A DNA stretch of 64,000 nucleotides from Candidatus Obscuribacterales bacterium (GCA_965228855.1 CBDDIJ010000002.1:1184001-1248000); one strand, 5' to 3'; counted from the stretch's first letter, positions 28,056-39,717 are shown. Notes: a model not told the origin generated them from the sequence alone. Translations and numbers: made by a program.

Positions 28056-28883
28056 TTATTTTGAAGTTTGGCTGGCTGCGGCTTCACTGCCTGCGGCGCG
28101 TCGGAATTTGACTCGGTCCAGCCCGTACGTTTTCGTGCTTTCTTGTAGTTTCGAATCAACGGCAATTCGATCATCGAAGACGAAACATTCGCCGTTGTAA
28201 TGCGCGCCGCCCACTTCTTCGAAGTACCGCAGAATGCCGCCGTCAAGCTGGTAGACGTTCTTCAATCCCAGGTCCTGCATGTAGATTGCCGCCTTCTCGC
28301 AGCGAATGCCACCAGTGCAAAAGGAAACAAACGTCTTGTCCTGCTTGTCACCGAATGCGGTGCTAACCTTATCGGGGAATTCGCTGAATTTCTGAATTCT
28401 GAATTCAACTGCACCTGCGAATGTTCCGATATCGACTTCGAAGTCGTTGCGCGTATCGAGCATGATGATTTCGCGACCGTCGTCATCGTGACCTTGATCG
28501 AGCCACTTCTTTAACGTTTTCGGTTCGACGAACGGCGCGCGTTTTTCCTCTGGTTTAATAAGCGGATGACGCATAGTGATAATTTCTTTGGCAACGCGAA
28601 CAACCATGCGTTTGAACGGCTGGCCATCGCAGATGCTTTCCTTTATAACTATGTCTGCGAAGCGACCATCAAACAGCGCGTCATCTCGCAAATAGTTCAA
28701 AAACTCATCAATTTGTTCTCGGGAACCCGCCAGAAAAAGATTTATCCCTTCTTCGGCGAATATGATCGTTCCCTTCAGTTTCAATTCGTTGCAACGAGCG
28801 TTAACCGGCTCGATCCAGTCTGCCGGGCGGGGGATGCCAACGAATTTATATGCTGCGATGTTTATGCATTCCATGCGGCACAT
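28056..28883 (-). CDS. TrhO/UPF0176-type rhodanese-domain protein (tRNA U34 hydroxylase-like)
   Basis: [46 protein letters not shown] motifs. Confidence 0.85.
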   Translation of the reverse strand: MCRMECINIAAYKFVGIPRPADWIEPVNARCNELKLKGTIIFAEEGINLFLAGSREQIDEFLNYLRDDALFDGRFADIVIKESICDGQPFKRMVVRVAKEIITMRHPLIKPEEKRAPFVEPKTLKKWLDQGHDDDGREIIMLDTRNDFEVDIGTFAGAVEFRIQKFSEFPDKVSTAFGDKQDKTFVSFCTGGIRCEKAAIYMQDLGLKNVYQLDGGILRYFEEVGGAHYNGECFVFDDRIAVDSKLQESTKTYGLDRVKFRRAAGSEAAASQTSK

Positions 28884-28987
28884 TATATATCCACGGCGGC
28901 GCTATCTCAATGTTCGTCCGAGTTTCGGCTTGAAGATCGAATGGAGACCGGTGTCAAAAGTAAAGCGTGAAGCGGTTTTTGCAAAAT

Positions 28988-29025
28988 CTTTATACCGATT
29001 ACAGCTTTCTTTACGATGCCTATAC
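28988..29025 (+). promoter_or_regulatory. Candidate KdpE-binding direct repeats upstream of the kdp operon
   Basis: TTTATA (28989), ATTACA, TTTACG (29010), CCTATA at roughly helical spacing; resembles the E. coli KdpE half-sites TTTATA/TTTACA. Confidence 0.4.
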
Positions 29026-29060
29026 AGCTGAGGCGATTCAATAGCTAATCGGAGGTCCTC

Positions 29061-29153
29061 ATGCACGACTTGGCTGCGCTACTTGTTTTAACTCTTCTAG
29101 TCGCTTCAGCGTTCGTTCTTCTGCGCCTCTGTGAGAAGTTGTTCACTTCCTAG
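29061..29153 (+). CDS. 30-aa hydrophobic peptide upstream of kdpF (KdpZ-like)
   Basis: Own translation MHDLAALLVLTLLVASAFVLLRLCEKLFTS*; GGAGG RBS at 29051; below the ORF-track cutoff. Confidence 0.75.
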   Translation: MHDLAALLVLTLLVASAFVLLRLCEKLFTS

Positions 29154-29168
29154 CTGAGGTCGCAAACC

Positions 29169-29261
29169 ATGTCGCTGGTGATGAGCCTGGCTGCTGTTAC
29201 GGCGGCGGTCCTGATGATTTATTTATTGGTTGCCCTTTTGAAACCAGAGATTTTCGCATGA
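29169..29261 (+). CDS. kdpF: K+-transporting ATPase subunit F
   Basis: Own translation [30 protein letters not shown], with the KdpF signature YLxxALxxPExF; ATGA overlap with kdpA. Confidence 0.9.
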   Translation: MSLVMSLAAVTAAVLMIYLLVALLKPEIFA

Positions 29262-31024
29262 CTGGAGACGGTATCTTTCAGTTGCTTTTGTACCTTGTAG
29301 TGCTAAACCTTCTGGCACTGCCGCTCGGGCGCTATATGGCGCGAGTATTTTCCGACGAGCCAACCTGGTTGTCTCCGCTGCTTGTGCCGGTGGAGGGGCT
29401 GATCTACAAGATTTGCCGAATCAATCACACTCAAGACATGGGCTGGAAGCTCTATGCTGCTTCAATGCTCACATTCAATGGTCTTGGACTATTCGCGGTC
29501 TACTTGATTCAGAGAATGCAGAACGTTTTGCCTTTGAATCCGCAAAATCTAGGAGCCGTCTCGCCAGATAGTTCCTTGAACACTGCCATTAGTTTTGTCA
29601 GTAACACAAACTGGCAGGGTTACGGCGGTGAAGTGACGATGTCTTACTTTACCCAGATGATTGGTTTAAACGTTCAGAACTTCGTTTCTGCTGCTACAGG
29701 AATTGCTTGTTTAATCGCCCTCGTGCGAGGTCTGGTCCGGCAGGAAAGTCTGGGGATCGGCAACTTCTGGAGCGATATGGTCAGGGCTACTCTGTACGTT
29801 CTCCTGCCGTTGTCTTTGTTGGTAAGTATTTTGCTCTCGTCTCAAGGCGTCGTACAAACATTTCAGCCTTATGCCTCTTATCGTACGGTTGAGGAAGTCA
29901 AATCCACGAAGCCTTCCAGCGAGCCCCATCTTATAGCGCTAGGTCCGGCTGCATCGCAGATTGCGATCAAACAACTGGGCACCAATGGCGGTGGCTTCTT
30001 CAATGTCAATTCGAGCCATCCTCTCGAGAATCCTAATCCGCTTACTAACTTCGTGGAGTGCATAAGCATTTTGCTTATCTCTGCCGCACTCTGCCATACG
30101 TTCGGAAAGATGGTTAACGATTCACGGCAGGGGTGGGCGGTACTAGCCGCGATGTCGGTGATATTTCTTGCAAGTCTTGCCATCTGTTTTACTTCCGAAA
30201 GTTCTCTGAGTCCGGCACTCTCTGCTCTGGGAGTTGATGCGACTTCGTCTACCATGCAGCCGGGCGGCAACATGGAAGGCAAAGAGACTCGGTTTGGAAT
30301 TGCCAACTCCGCTTTGTGGGCGACGGCTACTACAGCGGCTTCAAACGGTTCCGTCAATTCAATGCATGATTCATACAATCCTATCGGTGGTCTTGTTCCC
30401 ATGCTTCTCATGCAACTGGGCGAGGTCATTTATGGCGGCGTCGGTTCCGGCTTATACGGCATGCTTGTGTTTGCAATCATTACGGTGTTCATAGCCGGTT
30501 TGATGGTGGGCAGAACGCCGGAATATCTAGGCAAGAAGATCGAGGCGTTCGAAGTAAAAATGAGTTCGCTTGTGATTTTGTTTCCACCGGCGGTAGTTCT
30601 CATTGGAACTGCCATAGCGGTTTCGCTTGAGGTCGGCAGAAGCAGTGTTTTAAACTCAGGACCGCACGGTTTCAGCGAGATTCTGTATGCATTCTCCTCA
30701 GCGGGAAATAACAATGGGAGCGCATTTGCAGGATTAAACGCCAACACTCCTTTCTACAACTACGCCCTTGGTATCGCCATGTTCATCGCTCGATATTGGC
30801 TAGTGGTGCCTGTGATCGCGATTGCCGGTTCGCTCGCCCGAAAGAAGAGGTCGCCGGAAAGTTTAGGCACTATGCCGACCCACAATGCTCTGTTTGTCTC
30901 GCTCCTCACCGGCGTCGTTCTGATTTTTGGAGCCCTTACATTTGTTCCTTCGCTGGCTCTGGGCCCGATCGTGGAGCATTTGATGATGGTGTCCGACCTG
31001 TCCCAAGGAGTATCAGCAAAATGA
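29258..31024 (+). CDS. kdpA: K+-transporting ATPase subunit A
   Basis: [50 protein letters not shown] selectivity-filter motifs. Confidence 0.98.
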   Translation: MTGDGIFQLLLYLVVLNLLALPLGRYMARVFSDEPTWLSPLLVPVEGLIYKICRINHTQDMGWKLYAASMLTFNGLGLFAVYLIQRMQNVLPLNPQNLGAVSPDSSLNTAISFVSNTNWQGYGGEVTMSYFTQMIGLNVQNFVSAATGIACLIALVRGLVRQESLGIGNFWSDMVRATLYVLLPLSLLVSILLSSQGVVQTFQPYASYRTVEEVKSTKPSSEPHLIALGPAASQIAIKQLGTNGGGFFNVNSSHPLENPNPLTNFVECISILLISAALCHTFGKMVNDSRQGWAVLAAMSVIFLASLAICFTSESSLSPALSALGVDATSSTMQPGGNMEGKETRFGIANSALWATATTAASNGSVNSMHDSYNPIGGLVPMLLMQLGEVIYGGVGSGLYGMLVFAIITVFIAGLMVGRTPEYLGKKIEAFEVKMSSLVILFPPAVVLIGTAIAVSLEVGRSSVLNSGPHGFSEILYAFSSAGNNNGSAFAGLNANTPFYNYALGIAMFIARYWLVVPVIAIAGSLARKKRSPESLGTMPTHNALFVSLLTGVVLIFGALTFVPSLALGPIVEHLMMVSDLSQGVSAK

Positions 31025-33087
31025 GTGTCAAGGCGCGCCCTCTCTTCGACCCCCCATTAGTCAGGCAAGCTCTGTTTGACTCAGTTCGAAAACTCGATCC
31101 GAGAATTCAGATTCGCAATCCCGTCATGTTCGTAGTCGAGCTGGGCAGTGTATTTACACTATTGCTCTACGTTTTGAGCCTGGGAGGACAATCCGATGAG
31201 CCCAGCGGCTTCATATTGTCGATTTCGATCTGGCTATGGTTCACTGTCATCTTCGCCAACTTCTCCGAGGCTATGGCTGAGGGGCGCGGTAAAGCTCAGG
31301 CTCAGTCGCTGAAGCACGCGCGGCAAGAAGTTACTGCAAAGAAGATGTCCGAGGCGAAGTACGGTGCTAACTTCGAACTCACTCCGGGCGGTAGCTTGCG
31401 AAAAGGAGACGTTGTTCTGGTTGAGGCCGGCGACATTGTGCCATGCGATGGTGAGGTGGTCGAAGGCGTCGCGTCTGTGGACGAAAGCGCGATTACCGGA
31501 GAGAGCGCTCCTGTGATCCGCGAAAGCGGCGGCGACAGAAGTGCCGTCACGGGCGGTACCAAGGTGCTTTCCGATTGGCTCGTTGTTCGAATCTCGGCAG
31601 ATCCCGGTGAAACCTTCCTGGACCGCATGATTCAAATGGTTGAAGGTGCAAAACGTCAGAAGACGCCTAATGAAATTGCCCTCAACATTTTGCTTGCCGC
31701 GCTGACCCTGGTGTTTCTCCTCGTGACAGTGACCCTTTATCCATATTCCGCGTACAGTGTTGCTGCAGCAGGTAAAGGCACCGTTATCAGTATCACTGTA
31801 TTAATCGCGCTCCTAGTTTGCCTCATTCCGACCACTATCGGTGGTTTGCTTTCTGCTATCGGAATTGCCGGTATGGACCGGCTGATTAAAGCCAACGTTA
31901 TTGCCATGTCCGGTCGTGCTGTCGAGGCGGCAGGAGATGTTGACGTCTTGCTTCTGGACAAGACCGGGACAATCACGCTGGGTAACCGGCAGGCTACTGA
32001 GTTTGTAGCCGCTGCTGGGGTGTCTGAGCGTGACCTGGCAGATGCGGCGCAGTTGTCCTCGTTGGCGGATGAGACGCCGGAAGGACGGAGCATCGTCGTT
32101 CTGGCGAAGGAGAAATTTCAAATGCGGGAGCGCAATATGCTTCCGCTGCACGCCACCTTCGTGCCGTTTAGCGCTCAAACGCGCATGAGTGGGGTGGACT
32201 TCGACGGCAAAGAAATTCGCAAAGGTTCGCTGGACGCGATCAACAAGTACATCGAAGGACTGGGCGCAAAGCTTCCGCAATCTGTACGAGACCAGGCGGA
32301 TGAGATTGCCAGGCATGGTGCAACACCGCTGGTGGTGGCGCAAAATGATCGCGTTCTGGGTGTCGTTAAATTGAAGGATATTGTAAAAGGCGGTATCAAG
32401 GAGCGATTTGCCGAACTGCGCTCTATGGGAATCAAGACCGTGATGATAACCGGTGATAATCCTCTGACTGCGGCGGCCATCGCCGCGGAGGCGGGAGTTG
32501 ATGATTTCCTGGCTCAGGCGACGCCGGAGGACAAGCTGCAGTTGATTCGAGAAACGCAGGCGAATGGCAGATTGGTCGCCATGACCGGAGACGGAACCAA
32601 CGATGCCCCGGCTCTTGCTCAGGCAGATGTCGCGGTGGCGATGAATACCGGCACGCAGGCGGCGAAAGAAGCTGGAAATATGGTCGATCTTGATTCCAAC
32701 CCTACCAAGCTAATCGAAATTGTTGAGATTGGAAAACAGCTGCTGATGACGCGAGGAGCGCTAACGACTTTCAGTATCGCCAATGATGTAGCCAAATATT
32801 TTGCAATTATTCCGGCGGCCTTCGCGAGTACCTTTCCTGTTCTAAACAGCCTCAATGTGATGCATTTAGCCAGCCCTCGCAGTGCAATTTTGTCGGCGGT
32901 AATCTTCAACGCCATAATTATTTTGATGTTACTGCCACTTGCTTTGCGAGGCGTTCCCTACAAGCCCGTGGGTGCTGCGGTCTTGCTTCGCGATAACCTG
33001 GTTGTTTACGGAATTGGTGGCTTAGTGGTGCCATTTATCGGCATCAAGATAGTCGACTTGTGTCTTGAAGTTTTGCACCTGGTTTAG
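31021..33087 (+). CDS. kdpB: K+-transporting P-type ATPase subunit B
   Basis: [26 protein letters not shown]. Start moved from 30796 to ATG 31021, which overlaps the kdpA stop (ATGA). Confidence 0.98.
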   Translation: MSVKARPLFDPPLVRQALFDSVRKLDPRIQIRNPVMFVVELGSVFTLLLYVLSLGGQSDEPSGFILSISIWLWFTVIFANFSEAMAEGRGKAQAQSLKHARQEVTAKKMSEAKYGANFELTPGGSLRKGDVVLVEAGDIVPCDGEVVEGVASVDESAITGESAPVIRESGGDRSAVTGGTKVLSDWLVVRISADPGETFLDRMIQMVEGAKRQKTPNEIALNILLAALTLVFLLVTVTLYPYSAYSVAAAGKGTVISITVLIALLVCLIPTTIGGLLSAIGIAGMDRLIKANVIAMSGRAVEAAGDVDVLLLDKTGTITLGNRQATEFVAAAGVSERDLADAAQLSSLADETPEGRSIVVLAKEKFQMRERNMLPLHATFVPFSAQTRMSGVDFDGKEIRKGSLDAINKYIEGLGAKLPQSVRDQADEIARHGATPLVVAQNDRVLGVVKLKDIVKGGIKERFAELRSMGIKTVMITGDNPLTAAAIAAEAGVDDFLAQATPEDKLQLIRETQANGRLVAMTGDGTNDAPALAQADVAVAMNTGTQAAKEAGNMVDLDSNPTKLIEIVEIGKQLLMTRGALTTFSIANDVAKYFAIIPAAFASTFPVLNSLNVMHLASPRSAILSAVIFNAIIILMLLPLALRGVPYKPVGAAVLLRDNLVVYGIGGLVVPFIGIKIVDLCLEVLHLV

Positions 33088-33133
33088 TTTTGCCTTGAGT
33101 CGTGACGGTACAATGAGCTTGTGAGTCGAACAT

Positions 33134-33739
33134 ATGAGAGACCTAGTAATCCAATCCCTTCTTCTGTATTTTGTTCTGACAATACTCACCGGAGTAATTT
33201 ATCCCGGAGCTGTCACGATGGTAGCGCAACTCGCATGGCCGCAAGCGGCAAATGGCAGTTTAATCAAAGATGAAACGAGTGGCGGAACGATTGGTTCTTC
33301 CTTGCTCGGTCAGGAGTTTACCTCCGATCAGTACTTCTGGGGGCGTTTGTCTGCGACGACTCCGCCTTATAATGCCGCCGCCTCTTCTGGTTCTAACTTC
33401 GGGCCTTTGAACAATTCTCTTCTCAAGAACGCGCAGACGCGCATTGACGCCTTGAAAGGCGGAGTCAACCAGGCTTCCCGTGTGCCGGTCGATCTGGTAA
33501 CCTGCTCAGGAAGTGGTTTGGATCCGCACATCAGTCCGGCTTCAGCTTTCTTTCAGAGCGAGCGAGTTGCAGCAGCGCGTGGACTGACAAAGCATGAGGT
33601 GGATGAGCTGATTAAACAGAACACGGAGGGCAAGCAATTTGCTATTTTCGGTGAATCCAGGGTCAATGTGCTGCAGCTCAATCTCGCACTGGACCGTCTC
33701 AACCATCCGCCTGATTCGACCCTGATGCCAAACCGATGA
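33134..33739 (+). CDS. kdpC: K+-transporting ATPase subunit C
   Basis: N-terminal TM, QAANGSL, GSSLLGQ, YFWGR, SGSGLDPHISP, VNVLQLNLALD. Confidence 0.97.
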   Translation: MRDLVIQSLLLYFVLTILTGVIYPGAVTMVAQLAWPQAANGSLIKDETSGGTIGSSLLGQEFTSDQYFWGRLSATTPPYNAAASSGSNFGPLNNSLLKNAQTRIDALKGGVNQASRVPVDLVTCSGSGLDPHISPASAFFQSERVAAARGLTKHEVDELIKQNTEGKQFAIFGESRVNVLQLNLALDRLNHPPDSTLMPNR

Positions 33740-36444
33740 TGTCAGACAGTCGACGAGATCCGGACGCTTTTCTCGCTCTTTACAGGGAGGAGCAGGCTCG
33801 TCAGACGCAAGGAAGGCTGAAGATTTTTTTTGGCTATGCTCCGGGTGTCGGCAAGACATATGGGATGCTTGAGGACGCGCGCAAGCTGTTGAATGAAAAC
33901 GTCGATGTTGTTGTCGGCATAGTGGAAACTCATGGCCGAGAGGCAACCAGAGCGCTTCTAGACGATCTTGAGATTATTCCTCCGCGTCTGGTTGAATACA
34001 AAGGCGCGGTCCTTGCAGAGCTAGATATCGATGCTATTTTGACGCGAAAACCGCAAGTCGTTCTAGTAGACGAGGCTGCGCACACGAATGCGCCCGGTTG
34101 CCGACACGAGAAGCGCTGGCAAGATATACAGGAGTTGCTCGCCAACGGAATTGATGTATTCACGACCTTAAACACCCAGCATGTCGAGACTCTCAACGAC
34201 CGTGTCGCTCAAATTACCAATATCGAAGTCAGAGAACGTGTGCCGGATTCTTTCATCGAGGAAGCGTTCGAAATCGAACTCGTTGATCTGCCGGTGGATG
34301 AACTTGTACAGCGGCTGCGCGAAGGCAAAGTTTACATTCACGAGCAAGCGTCCACTGCCCTTGAGCATTTTTTCCGCAAAGGCAATCTGATTGCCCTGCG
34401 CGAGATTGCGCTTCTGTTCGTTGCTCAGCGAGTGGATGCTCAAATGGAGCGTTATCGAGAGGCGCATAGAATCGGCTCTGTCTGGCCGGCAGCCGAGCGC
34501 ATACTCGTATGTGTGAGTCCAAGTCCGCTTTCCGTCAAGCTGGTTCGGGGCGCGAAGCGCATGGCGACGGCGTTGCGCGCGGAGTGGTTGGTTGCATATG
34601 TTCAGACTCCAAGGCAAGCTCACCAGTCTGATGCCGATAAGTCTAGAGTCATTCAAACGCTGAGACTGGCAGAACAACTGGGTGCGGAGATAATCGAGCT
34701 GACCGGCGACAACATCGCTGATGAGTTGATTGGCTGCGCGCGTAAGAATAATGTTTCCAAAATCATTATTGGCAAACCGGCTCTGCCCCGCTGGAAGGAG
34801 CTTCTTTTCGGCTCCGTTGTAGACGACACAATTCGAAAGAGTGGCGCCATTGATGTTTATGTAATCACAGGCGAAGAAGGCATGCCATCGCAGGCAGTGG
34901 CGTTTGCCTGGAAGCGCACCACAAAAAGTTCTCACTACTGGACGGCGACTTTTATCGTAGCTATTTGTAGCGGGTTGGCATACCTGCTGTCGCACTATCT
35001 CGAGCCCACCAATTTGGTCATGATCTACCTGTTGGGAGTATTTTTCGTTGCACTGAGATTAGGGCGTGGTCCGAGTATTCTCGCATCGATTTTAAGTGTT
35101 GCAGTTTTCGACTATTGTTTCGTTCCACCCTTTCTCACATTTGCTGTCAGTGACAGTCAATATGTACTTACCTTTTTCGTCATGTTGATGGTTGCGCTCT
35201 CAATAAGCACTCTGGCTACGCGAGTCAAGCAGCAGGCAGAGTTTTCTTCCTTGAAGGAGCGTCGAACAGCTGCGCTTTACTCTTTGAGCAAGGAACTCGC
35301 ATCTACGGATGATCCAGCCAAACTTCTGCAAATCGGTGCTGACCACCTGGCAGACGTTTTCAGCGCAAAGGTTTCGATTCTGACGCCCGATGAGCAAGGA
35401 CAGCTAGCGATTCCTGATTCTAAGGCAGACGATCGTGCTCTGGAGATTTCCGACCTGGCTTTTGCGCAATGGGTTTTTCATAACAGGCAAATGGCGGGCG
35501 TGGGCACGAATACTTTGCCGGGCGCCGACGCGCTCTATTTGCCCCTTGCCGCAACAGAAAGGACCATTGGAGTAGTAGGTATCAAGCCTGATGCGCTTGA
35601 TAGCTTTTCTAGACCGGAACAGATTCAGCTTTTGCAGACATTCGTCAATCAGCTTGCGCAGGCTTGCGAGAGAGCTTATCTATCGGAAGAGAACAAGCGC
35701 GCCCAGGTTCAAATGAAAACAGAGCAGTTGAGAAGTTCTCTTCTAAGCTCGGTTTCGCATGATCTTCGCACTCCGCTTGCCACCATAACCGGTGCGGCAA
35801 GCAGTATAATGGAAGCGCCTGAAACTCTCAGCATGGAAGCTTGCAAGGAGCGCGCTGCCGAGATTTTTCATGAATCCGTCCGACTCAACAGATTGGTAAT
35901 CAATCTGCTGGAAATGACAAAATTGCAGGCTGGAACGCTCACCGTCAAGCGCGAATGGTGTCCGGTCGATGAGATAGTCGGCGCAGCCGTAAGTTGTATG
36001 GACGACAAGTTGGAGTCTCGCAAACTTGCAATTGAGATTGCCGACCCGGCAATGGTCGTCCCTGTCGACGCGACGCTCGTACAGCAGATGCTCGTCAACT
36101 TGCTCGATAACGCTATAAAATACTCACCGGTCGATTCACCACTAGCAATCAGCGCAAAACGGGTCGGCGAGAATTTGCTAGTATCTGTTTCCGACCGTGG
36201 TCCGGGTATTCCGATTGAGCGCAGAAAGTTGATATTCGAGAAATTCTATAGAGATAATCCCGGAGAGTCTTTCGGCGCCGGCCTCGGTCTGGCGATATGC
36301 AATGGCATAGTGCAAGCCCATGGTGGCGAAATATGGGTTGAAGACAACCCAGGCGGCGGCTCGATTTTTCGCGTCAGTTTGCCGGTTGAATCGGTCGATT
36401 TACCGATGCTGGATCCTCTCAAGTTTACGGAAACATCGCTATGA
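33736..36444 (+). CDS. kdpD: Sensor histidine kinase KdpD
   Basis: GRLKIFFGYAPGVGKT, Usp domain, 4 TM, GAF, SHDLRTPL H-box, intact N/G boxes. Confidence 0.97.
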   Translation: MMSDSRRDPDAFLALYREEQARQTQGRLKIFFGYAPGVGKTYGMLEDARKLLNENVDVVVGIVETHGREATRALLDDLEIIPPRLVEYKGAVLAELDIDAILTRKPQVVLVDEAAHTNAPGCRHEKRWQDIQELLANGIDVFTTLNTQHVETLNDRVAQITNIEVRERVPDSFIEEAFEIELVDLPVDELVQRLREGKVYIHEQASTALEHFFRKGNLIALREIALLFVAQRVDAQMERYREAHRIGSVWPAAERILVCVSPSPLSVKLVRGAKRMATALRAEWLVAYVQTPRQAHQSDADKSRVIQTLRLAEQLGAEIIELTGDNIADELIGCARKNNVSKIIIGKPALPRWKELLFGSVVDDTIRKSGAIDVYVITGEEGMPSQAVAFAWKRTTKSSHYWTATFIVAICSGLAYLLSHYLEPTNLVMIYLLGVFFVALRLGRGPSILASILSVAVFDYCFVPPFLTFAVSDSQYVLTFFVMLMVALSISTLATRVKQQAEFSSLKERRTAALYSLSKELASTDDPAKLLQIGADHLADVFSAKVSILTPDEQGQLAIPDSKADDRALEISDLAFAQWVFHNRQMAGVGTNTLPGADALYLPLAATERTIGVVGIKPDALDSFSRPEQIQLLQTFVNQLAQACERAYLSEENKRAQVQMKTEQLRSSLLSSVSHDLRTPLATITGAASSIMEAPETLSMEACKERAAEIFHESVRLNRLVINLLEMTKLQAGTLTVKREWCPVDEIVGAAVSCMDDKLESRKLAIEIADPAMVVPVDATLVQQMLVNLLDNAIKYSPVDSPLAISAKRVGENLLVSVSDRGPGIPIERRKLIFEKFYRDNPGESFGAGLGLAICNGIVQAHGGEIWVEDNPGGGSIFRVSLPVESVDLPMLDPLKFTETSL

Positions 36445-37148
36445 CTCAGCCCGCCAGTAATGCCGCAGTCGTACTCGTAATAGAAGATGAGGCGCCTATT
36501 AGGCGCTTTTTGAAGGTGTCTTTGACAGAGCACGGTTTCGTTTTCAAAGAATCTCTGACGGGTAACGATGGGATTAACAAGGCGGCATTGGAGAGTCCCG
36601 ACTTGATTATTCTCGACCTCGGATTGCCGGACATGGATGGGCTTGAAGTGACCAGGCGCATACGGGAATGGTCGACGGTGCCGATTATAGTGCTGTCGGC
36701 GCGTGGCAGCGACAAGGACAAAGTCAACGTTCTGGACGCCGGTGCGGATGACTATTTGACCAAACCATTTAGCGTTCCTGAACTTCTAGCGCGTGTTCGT
36801 GTCGCCTTGCGCCATGCCGCCATGATCGCTCCGGAGCCGGATGGCGCCATATTCTCAGTCGGAAACATTCGAGTCGATCTGGTCAAGCGGCAGGTTTTCG
36901 TAGGCGATGTCGAGGTTCACCTTACTCCTATCGAGTACCGATTGCTTGTTGCCATGATTCAACATGCAGGAAAAGTGGTTACACACAATCAGCTTCTCCG
37001 CCAGATCTGGGGCGAAGGATATGGCGAAGAAAGCCATTACGTGCGAGTCTTTATGGCGCAGTTGCGGCGAAAAGTTGAAGAAGATCCGGCTAGACCAAAG
37101 TATTTAATTACCGAACCTGGAGTCGGATACAGGCTGAAGGTAGAATGA
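36441..37148 (+). CDS. kdpE: Response regulator KdpE (OmpR family)
   Basis: IEDE, LDLGLPDMDG, GADDYLTKPF, LRRKVEEDPARPKYLITEPGVGY; ATGA overlap with kdpD. Confidence 0.96.
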   Translation: MTQPASNAAVVLVIEDEAPIRRFLKVSLTEHGFVFKESLTGNDGINKAALESPDLIILDLGLPDMDGLEVTRRIREWSTVPIIVLSARGSDKDKVNVLDAGADDYLTKPFSVPELLARVRVALRHAAMIAPEPDGAIFSVGNIRVDLVKRQVFVGDVEVHLTPIEYRLLVAMIQHAGKVVTHNQLLRQIWGEGYGEESHYVRVFMAQLRRKVEEDPARPKYLITEPGVGYRLKVE

Positions 37149-37178
37149 GTTCGATTATCTGGTTTCGCTTTGCGGACT

Positions 37179-38333
37179 CTATAACTGTTTGGGAATCGCC
37201 GAGTTTGCGATGAAACGTTTATCGCCGTTCGTCACCATCTCAAGTTCCAAAAGCATGCGCTTCATTTTGACGACTTCGGCTAGAAGCTGATCGAGCATAA
37301 CCGTTCTCACGGTTAAGGATGAGATGGTAAGTCCCTTGCGTTGAGATACGCTGGCGGTTATCACGTCGAGTTGTTTCTTTGAGTTTCTATCTGTGAATCC
37401 TGGAATATTTGAATCGGCAATCCATCGATCGATTAGCTGGTCGAGCCGCTTCTTCGAGTTTGGAATGTCGGCCGGGACGCTGTTAAGATAGTCCCAAACC
37501 GACTTTGGATATTCGATCTCGCTGTTAGTCTGGTATTTGAAAATTTTTGCAAGCATGTTTGGTTCGACTTCAGAATCTTTTTTCTTGCCGTTGATGAGTT
37601 TGAAAGTGTACATCGAAGCGGCTGAGGGAACCATTCCGGCTGGAATTCCTACAATGCCCGCAGGGACGTTGTAAATTGCATGTTTATACGTCGGAATCAC
37701 GAATGCTTCTGTCACCGCCCATAGTGCACCGTTGCTGATGAACGCGAATGCGTTGGTTTTAGCAATCGCTTTGTCTCGATCCTCTTTGAACTTTGTGAGA
37801 ATCTCATTGTAGAGTTCTCTTTCGGCGCTAATTTCAGCTATAGTCGCATCAATTTCGAGACCGGTCTTTTGAATAAGCATTCGAGCTCTCTGTCTTGTTT
37901 CGAGCAAATCTTGTTTGTTGGTGAGCGATTCGATTGAAACAATACCGGAGTTTGACGCTGCCTTATCGCTAATCAACTGAATTTGCTCCATCAACGGAGT
38001 CAACCCTATATTGTCGGCGAGCTGCATCGTGTTGGCCGATAGACCGGTGGAGGTGATGACAACGCCGGTTCGTAAGATTTGACTCGGCAACAGTTTGGTA
38101 TTAGCGGTCGACTCTTTGGTACTGCCGGTGGTGCTAGTCGGTGCCGACTGGGCGATTGCTTTCTTCTGATTAAAATTCTGCTTTTGCGGATCAAGCCACG
38201 TATGTGTCATCAGATAATTCGCGCCGACAGTGCTTGAATCTGCCGCCCGTGCCGGCGAACCGAAACACACGAGCGCAGCGGCGAGCAGTCCGGTAAAAAT
38301 AAACTTTGTTTCCATCTCGATTTTGCCTTCCAT
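37179..38333 (-). CDS. Secreted helical protein of unknown function (paralog 1 of 3)
   Basis: Signal peptide; shares QILxTG, NGALWAVxE, IPxYKH, GxVPSxASMYT, EPNMLAKxF, IEYP with 38347-39396 and 44065-45165. Confidence 0.8.
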   Translation of the reverse strand: MEGKIEMETKFIFTGLLAAALVCFGSPARAADSSTVGANYLMTHTWLDPQKQNFNQKKAIAQSAPTSTTGSTKESTANTKLLPSQILRTGVVITSTGLSANTMQLADNIGLTPLMEQIQLISDKAASNSGIVSIESLTNKQDLLETRQRARMLIQKTGLEIDATIAEISAERELYNEILTKFKEDRDKAIAKTNAFAFISNGALWAVTEAFVIPTYKHAIYNVPAGIVGIPAGMVPSAASMYTFKLINGKKKDSEVEPNMLAKIFKYQTNSEIEYPKSVWDYLNSVPADIPNSKKRLDQLIDRWIADSNIPGFTDRNSKKQLDVITASVSQRKGLTISSLTVRTVMLDQLLAEVVKMKRMLLELEMVTNGDKRFIANSAIPKQL

Positions 38334-38346
38334 GTCTAACGACTTA

Positions 38347-39396
38347 TCACCGCAACTTCGGCTGCTCGCTGGAGTTTTCCCCGCTGGAGATTAGTTGCTT
38401 CTCGCTTTGCGCGGCCATTGCCAGTTCCAGTAAGAGTCGCTTCATTTTGCCGATCTCGGCTTCGAGCTGTTGAAGCATGACGGTGCGTGCTGTGAGCGTG
38501 CCGATCGACAGTCCTTTGCGTTGGGCGAAACTGGCCGTCAGTACATCAAGTTGCTTCTTCGACTGTCGGTCGGTAAACGCGGGCATATTTGCGTCTGTGA
38601 TCCAGCGGTCGACTATCTGGTCGATTCGCTTTTTGCCATTTGTCTCAGTTGCCGGCACCTGATGGAGGAATTCCCAAACTGTCCGGGGATATTCGATTTC
38701 CGGATTTGTTGGATAGTCGAAGAGTTTAGCCAGCATATTGGGCTCTACTTCCGAGGTCATCTTTTTTCCGTTCATCTGCTTGAACGTGTACATCGAGGCA
38801 ATGGAGGGTACTACACCTGCCGGAATTCCTATGATGCCGGAAGGGATGGCAAACCTAGCGTGCTTGTAGGCGGGAATTGCCAGCGCCTCGCATACCGCCC
38901 AGAGTGCACCATTGGCTATAAATCCGGCCGCATTCGTTCTTGCCACGGCTTTGTCTCTGTCACTCGTAAACGTGTTGAGAATTTCTTGATAAACTTCCTG
39001 CTCCGCGTTTATCTCAGCAATCGTGAAGTCGATTTCCAGGTTGGTGCGCTGGATTATCATTGCGATCTTTTCGTTTAATTCATATAGTTCTTGCCTTGCA
39101 GATAGTAGCTCCAGGCTGTTTTGTTCTCCCATCGTCGAAATTCGCGACCGCAAGTTTTGACTTTGTTCAAGAAGCGGAGTCAACAGGATTGTGTCAGCGA
39201 GCTGCATACTGTTGGGACTGATCCCGGGCGCCGTCAAATTTATACCAGTCTTCAAAATCTGGGTGGGGAATTGCGATGTGTTGGCTCCAGCCTCTCCTTT
39301 GGGCACCTGAGCGATTGCAGGCTGGTTGGTTTCGGCGTGAGCCGCGTGCAAGGACAGGCTCAATAGGATGGAAAAAAGGGCGACTTGACTTTTCAT
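38347..39396 (-). CDS. Secreted helical protein of unknown function (paralog 2 of 3)
   Basis: Signal peptide ending AAHA; same conserved blocks; 13 nt upstream of paralog 1. Confidence 0.8.
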   Translation of the reverse strand: MKSQVALFSILLSLSLHAAHAETNQPAIAQVPKGEAGANTSQFPTQILKTGINLTAPGISPNSMQLADTILLTPLLEQSQNLRSRISTMGEQNSLELLSARQELYELNEKIAMIIQRTNLEIDFTIAEINAEQEVYQEILNTFTSDRDKAVARTNAAGFIANGALWAVCEALAIPAYKHARFAIPSGIIGIPAGVVPSIASMYTFKQMNGKKMTSEVEPNMLAKLFDYPTNPEIEYPRTVWEFLHQVPATETNGKKRIDQIVDRWITDANMPAFTDRQSKKQLDVLTASFAQRKGLSIGTLTARTVMLQQLEAEIGKMKRLLLELAMAAQSEKQLISSGENSSEQPKLR

Positions 39397-39717
39397 TGGA
39401 ATCTCTCTTTGACCAGAGACGCAAATGCTATCAGTCGAGAGGTTGTAAAAGGGTCAAGAAACTGGGCTGACCGTATAAAGAAGTCATCAAGAATTTGTTT
39501 TAGCGAGCACCTGTACCGGTTTTTCTCGTGGAGGCTCGGTTGGTATCGTATATGGTGCCGGTTGTGGACGTTGATCTTGAACAGCGACGGTTTGCCGTTC
39601 ACAGTGAGCATTTGCGAGGGTATTGTCCCGTCCCATGAGTCTTATCAGTCGCCCGCCTGAAAAAATGGTACCGACGAAATTCTGGGCATAATGCGCGTGT
39701 CACTAATATTATTAGTT

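Noticed and set aside
30796..31020. 75-aa N-terminal extension of KdpB in the ORF track
   Set aside because: Overlaps kdpA out of frame; ATG 31021 gives normal length and ATGA coupling.
39400..39717. c-di-AMP (ydaO) riboswitch ahead of the KimA-like gene or kdp
   Set aside because: The conserved ydaO segments were not found in either leader.
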